From Podarcis cretensis (Eukaryota), in NCBI GenBank assembly GCA_951804945.1, contig OX638155.1, positions 35,402,001 through 35,466,000 of the forward strand: 64,000 bases of DNA. The letters are read 5' to 3'. A program made the position numbers and the translations under genes. The notes beneath the pieces are model-generated. The model had not been told where the DNA came from. It did no database searches and saw only the letters and a list, made by a program, of their open reading frames with translations. Shown here piece after piece: positions 63,338 through 64,000 of this stretch. Numbering within the stretch: the stretch's first letter is position 1; every line of letters begins with the position of its first letter.

Positions 63338-64000
63338 ATCTTTCCTTCCACTCAGGGCAGTGCCCAGTCAGGATGTCCTGATCTGTTCTTCATAAAACAG
63401 TAGGCCACTAGGACTATTTTCCCTCACTACATTTGCAAAACTTATGCAATAGTCAGGAATGGCCAAAATCCTGATGAAAGAGACAACTGGCCCCACCTTG
63501 GCTTTAGGCCTAATTTTGAAAGAAAGAAAAATTCTCCAGAAGCATTTTTCGTAAAGACAGGCCAGGTCATTAGAGTAACAAGAGTTTAAGCAGCTCCCAC
63601 AGTGGCTGTGGATTGATCTGCCAACACTGCACAGCTCTCGGGTGACACTCCCCAGAAATATTTCGAGCTAATATCATATTCCAGTGATGAATGTGAGCAT
63701 CTGAACAATGCTTTCTCGGGACAGAAGGCTCTGCTTCTGCACAATGTAAATTTTCTTTGGCACCAGCCCAGGCTTATAAGCAAACAAACGTTACTATAAC
63801 TTATGCACAGCAGGGCCTTATCCACCGAGCAAAATTGCAGTTATTTTTTTAAAAAATCCTTCCTATTTGGAATGTTGTCGTGGAAGGAAACGAGTGGCTT
63901 GAAATGTGGAAGTGACTCTCGTTGGTCTTTCCATTTGTTTGCACAAGACAAATTTGGGCTAAAAAACAGAGCTGGCACTTAATGTCATGAGGTTGAGGAC

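Overview
AT-rich vertebrate genomic DNA from a squamate, most likely a lacertid lizard (Podarcis/Lacerta/Zootoca type). The evidence is Sauria SINEs, a tRNA-Lys/CR1-tail POM-type SINE, Squam3-like SINEs, and squamate L2, CR1 and L1 fragments. The window is mostly intronic or intergenic, and almost all ORFs in the supplied track are chance ORFs or TE remnants. The only host coding sequence I can support is the short terminal exon of an unidentified minus-strand gene (37002->36953, ...NEIIRNDLSSTNVHS*). It is followed by a ~2.5 kb 3'UTR dense in miRNA seed matches and Pumilio elements. I found no upstream exon in the remaining 27 kb, which implies a very large last intron containing enhancer-like islands. 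The most interesting items are: (i) a complete, TSD-flanked 2.1 kb RT-less L1 derivative (HAL1-like) with an open 208-aa ORF; (ii) a three-level nested insertion (CR1 > hAT MITE > Penelope-like terminus with a hammerhead-ribozyme remnant); (iii) a perfect 19-bp-stem hairpin in unique sequence; (iv) a candidate plus-strand spliced transcript from a YY1/CpG promoter that could encode a 31-aa hydrophobic, Cys-rich micropeptide. Repeat family names come from recalled consensus features, not from a database search.
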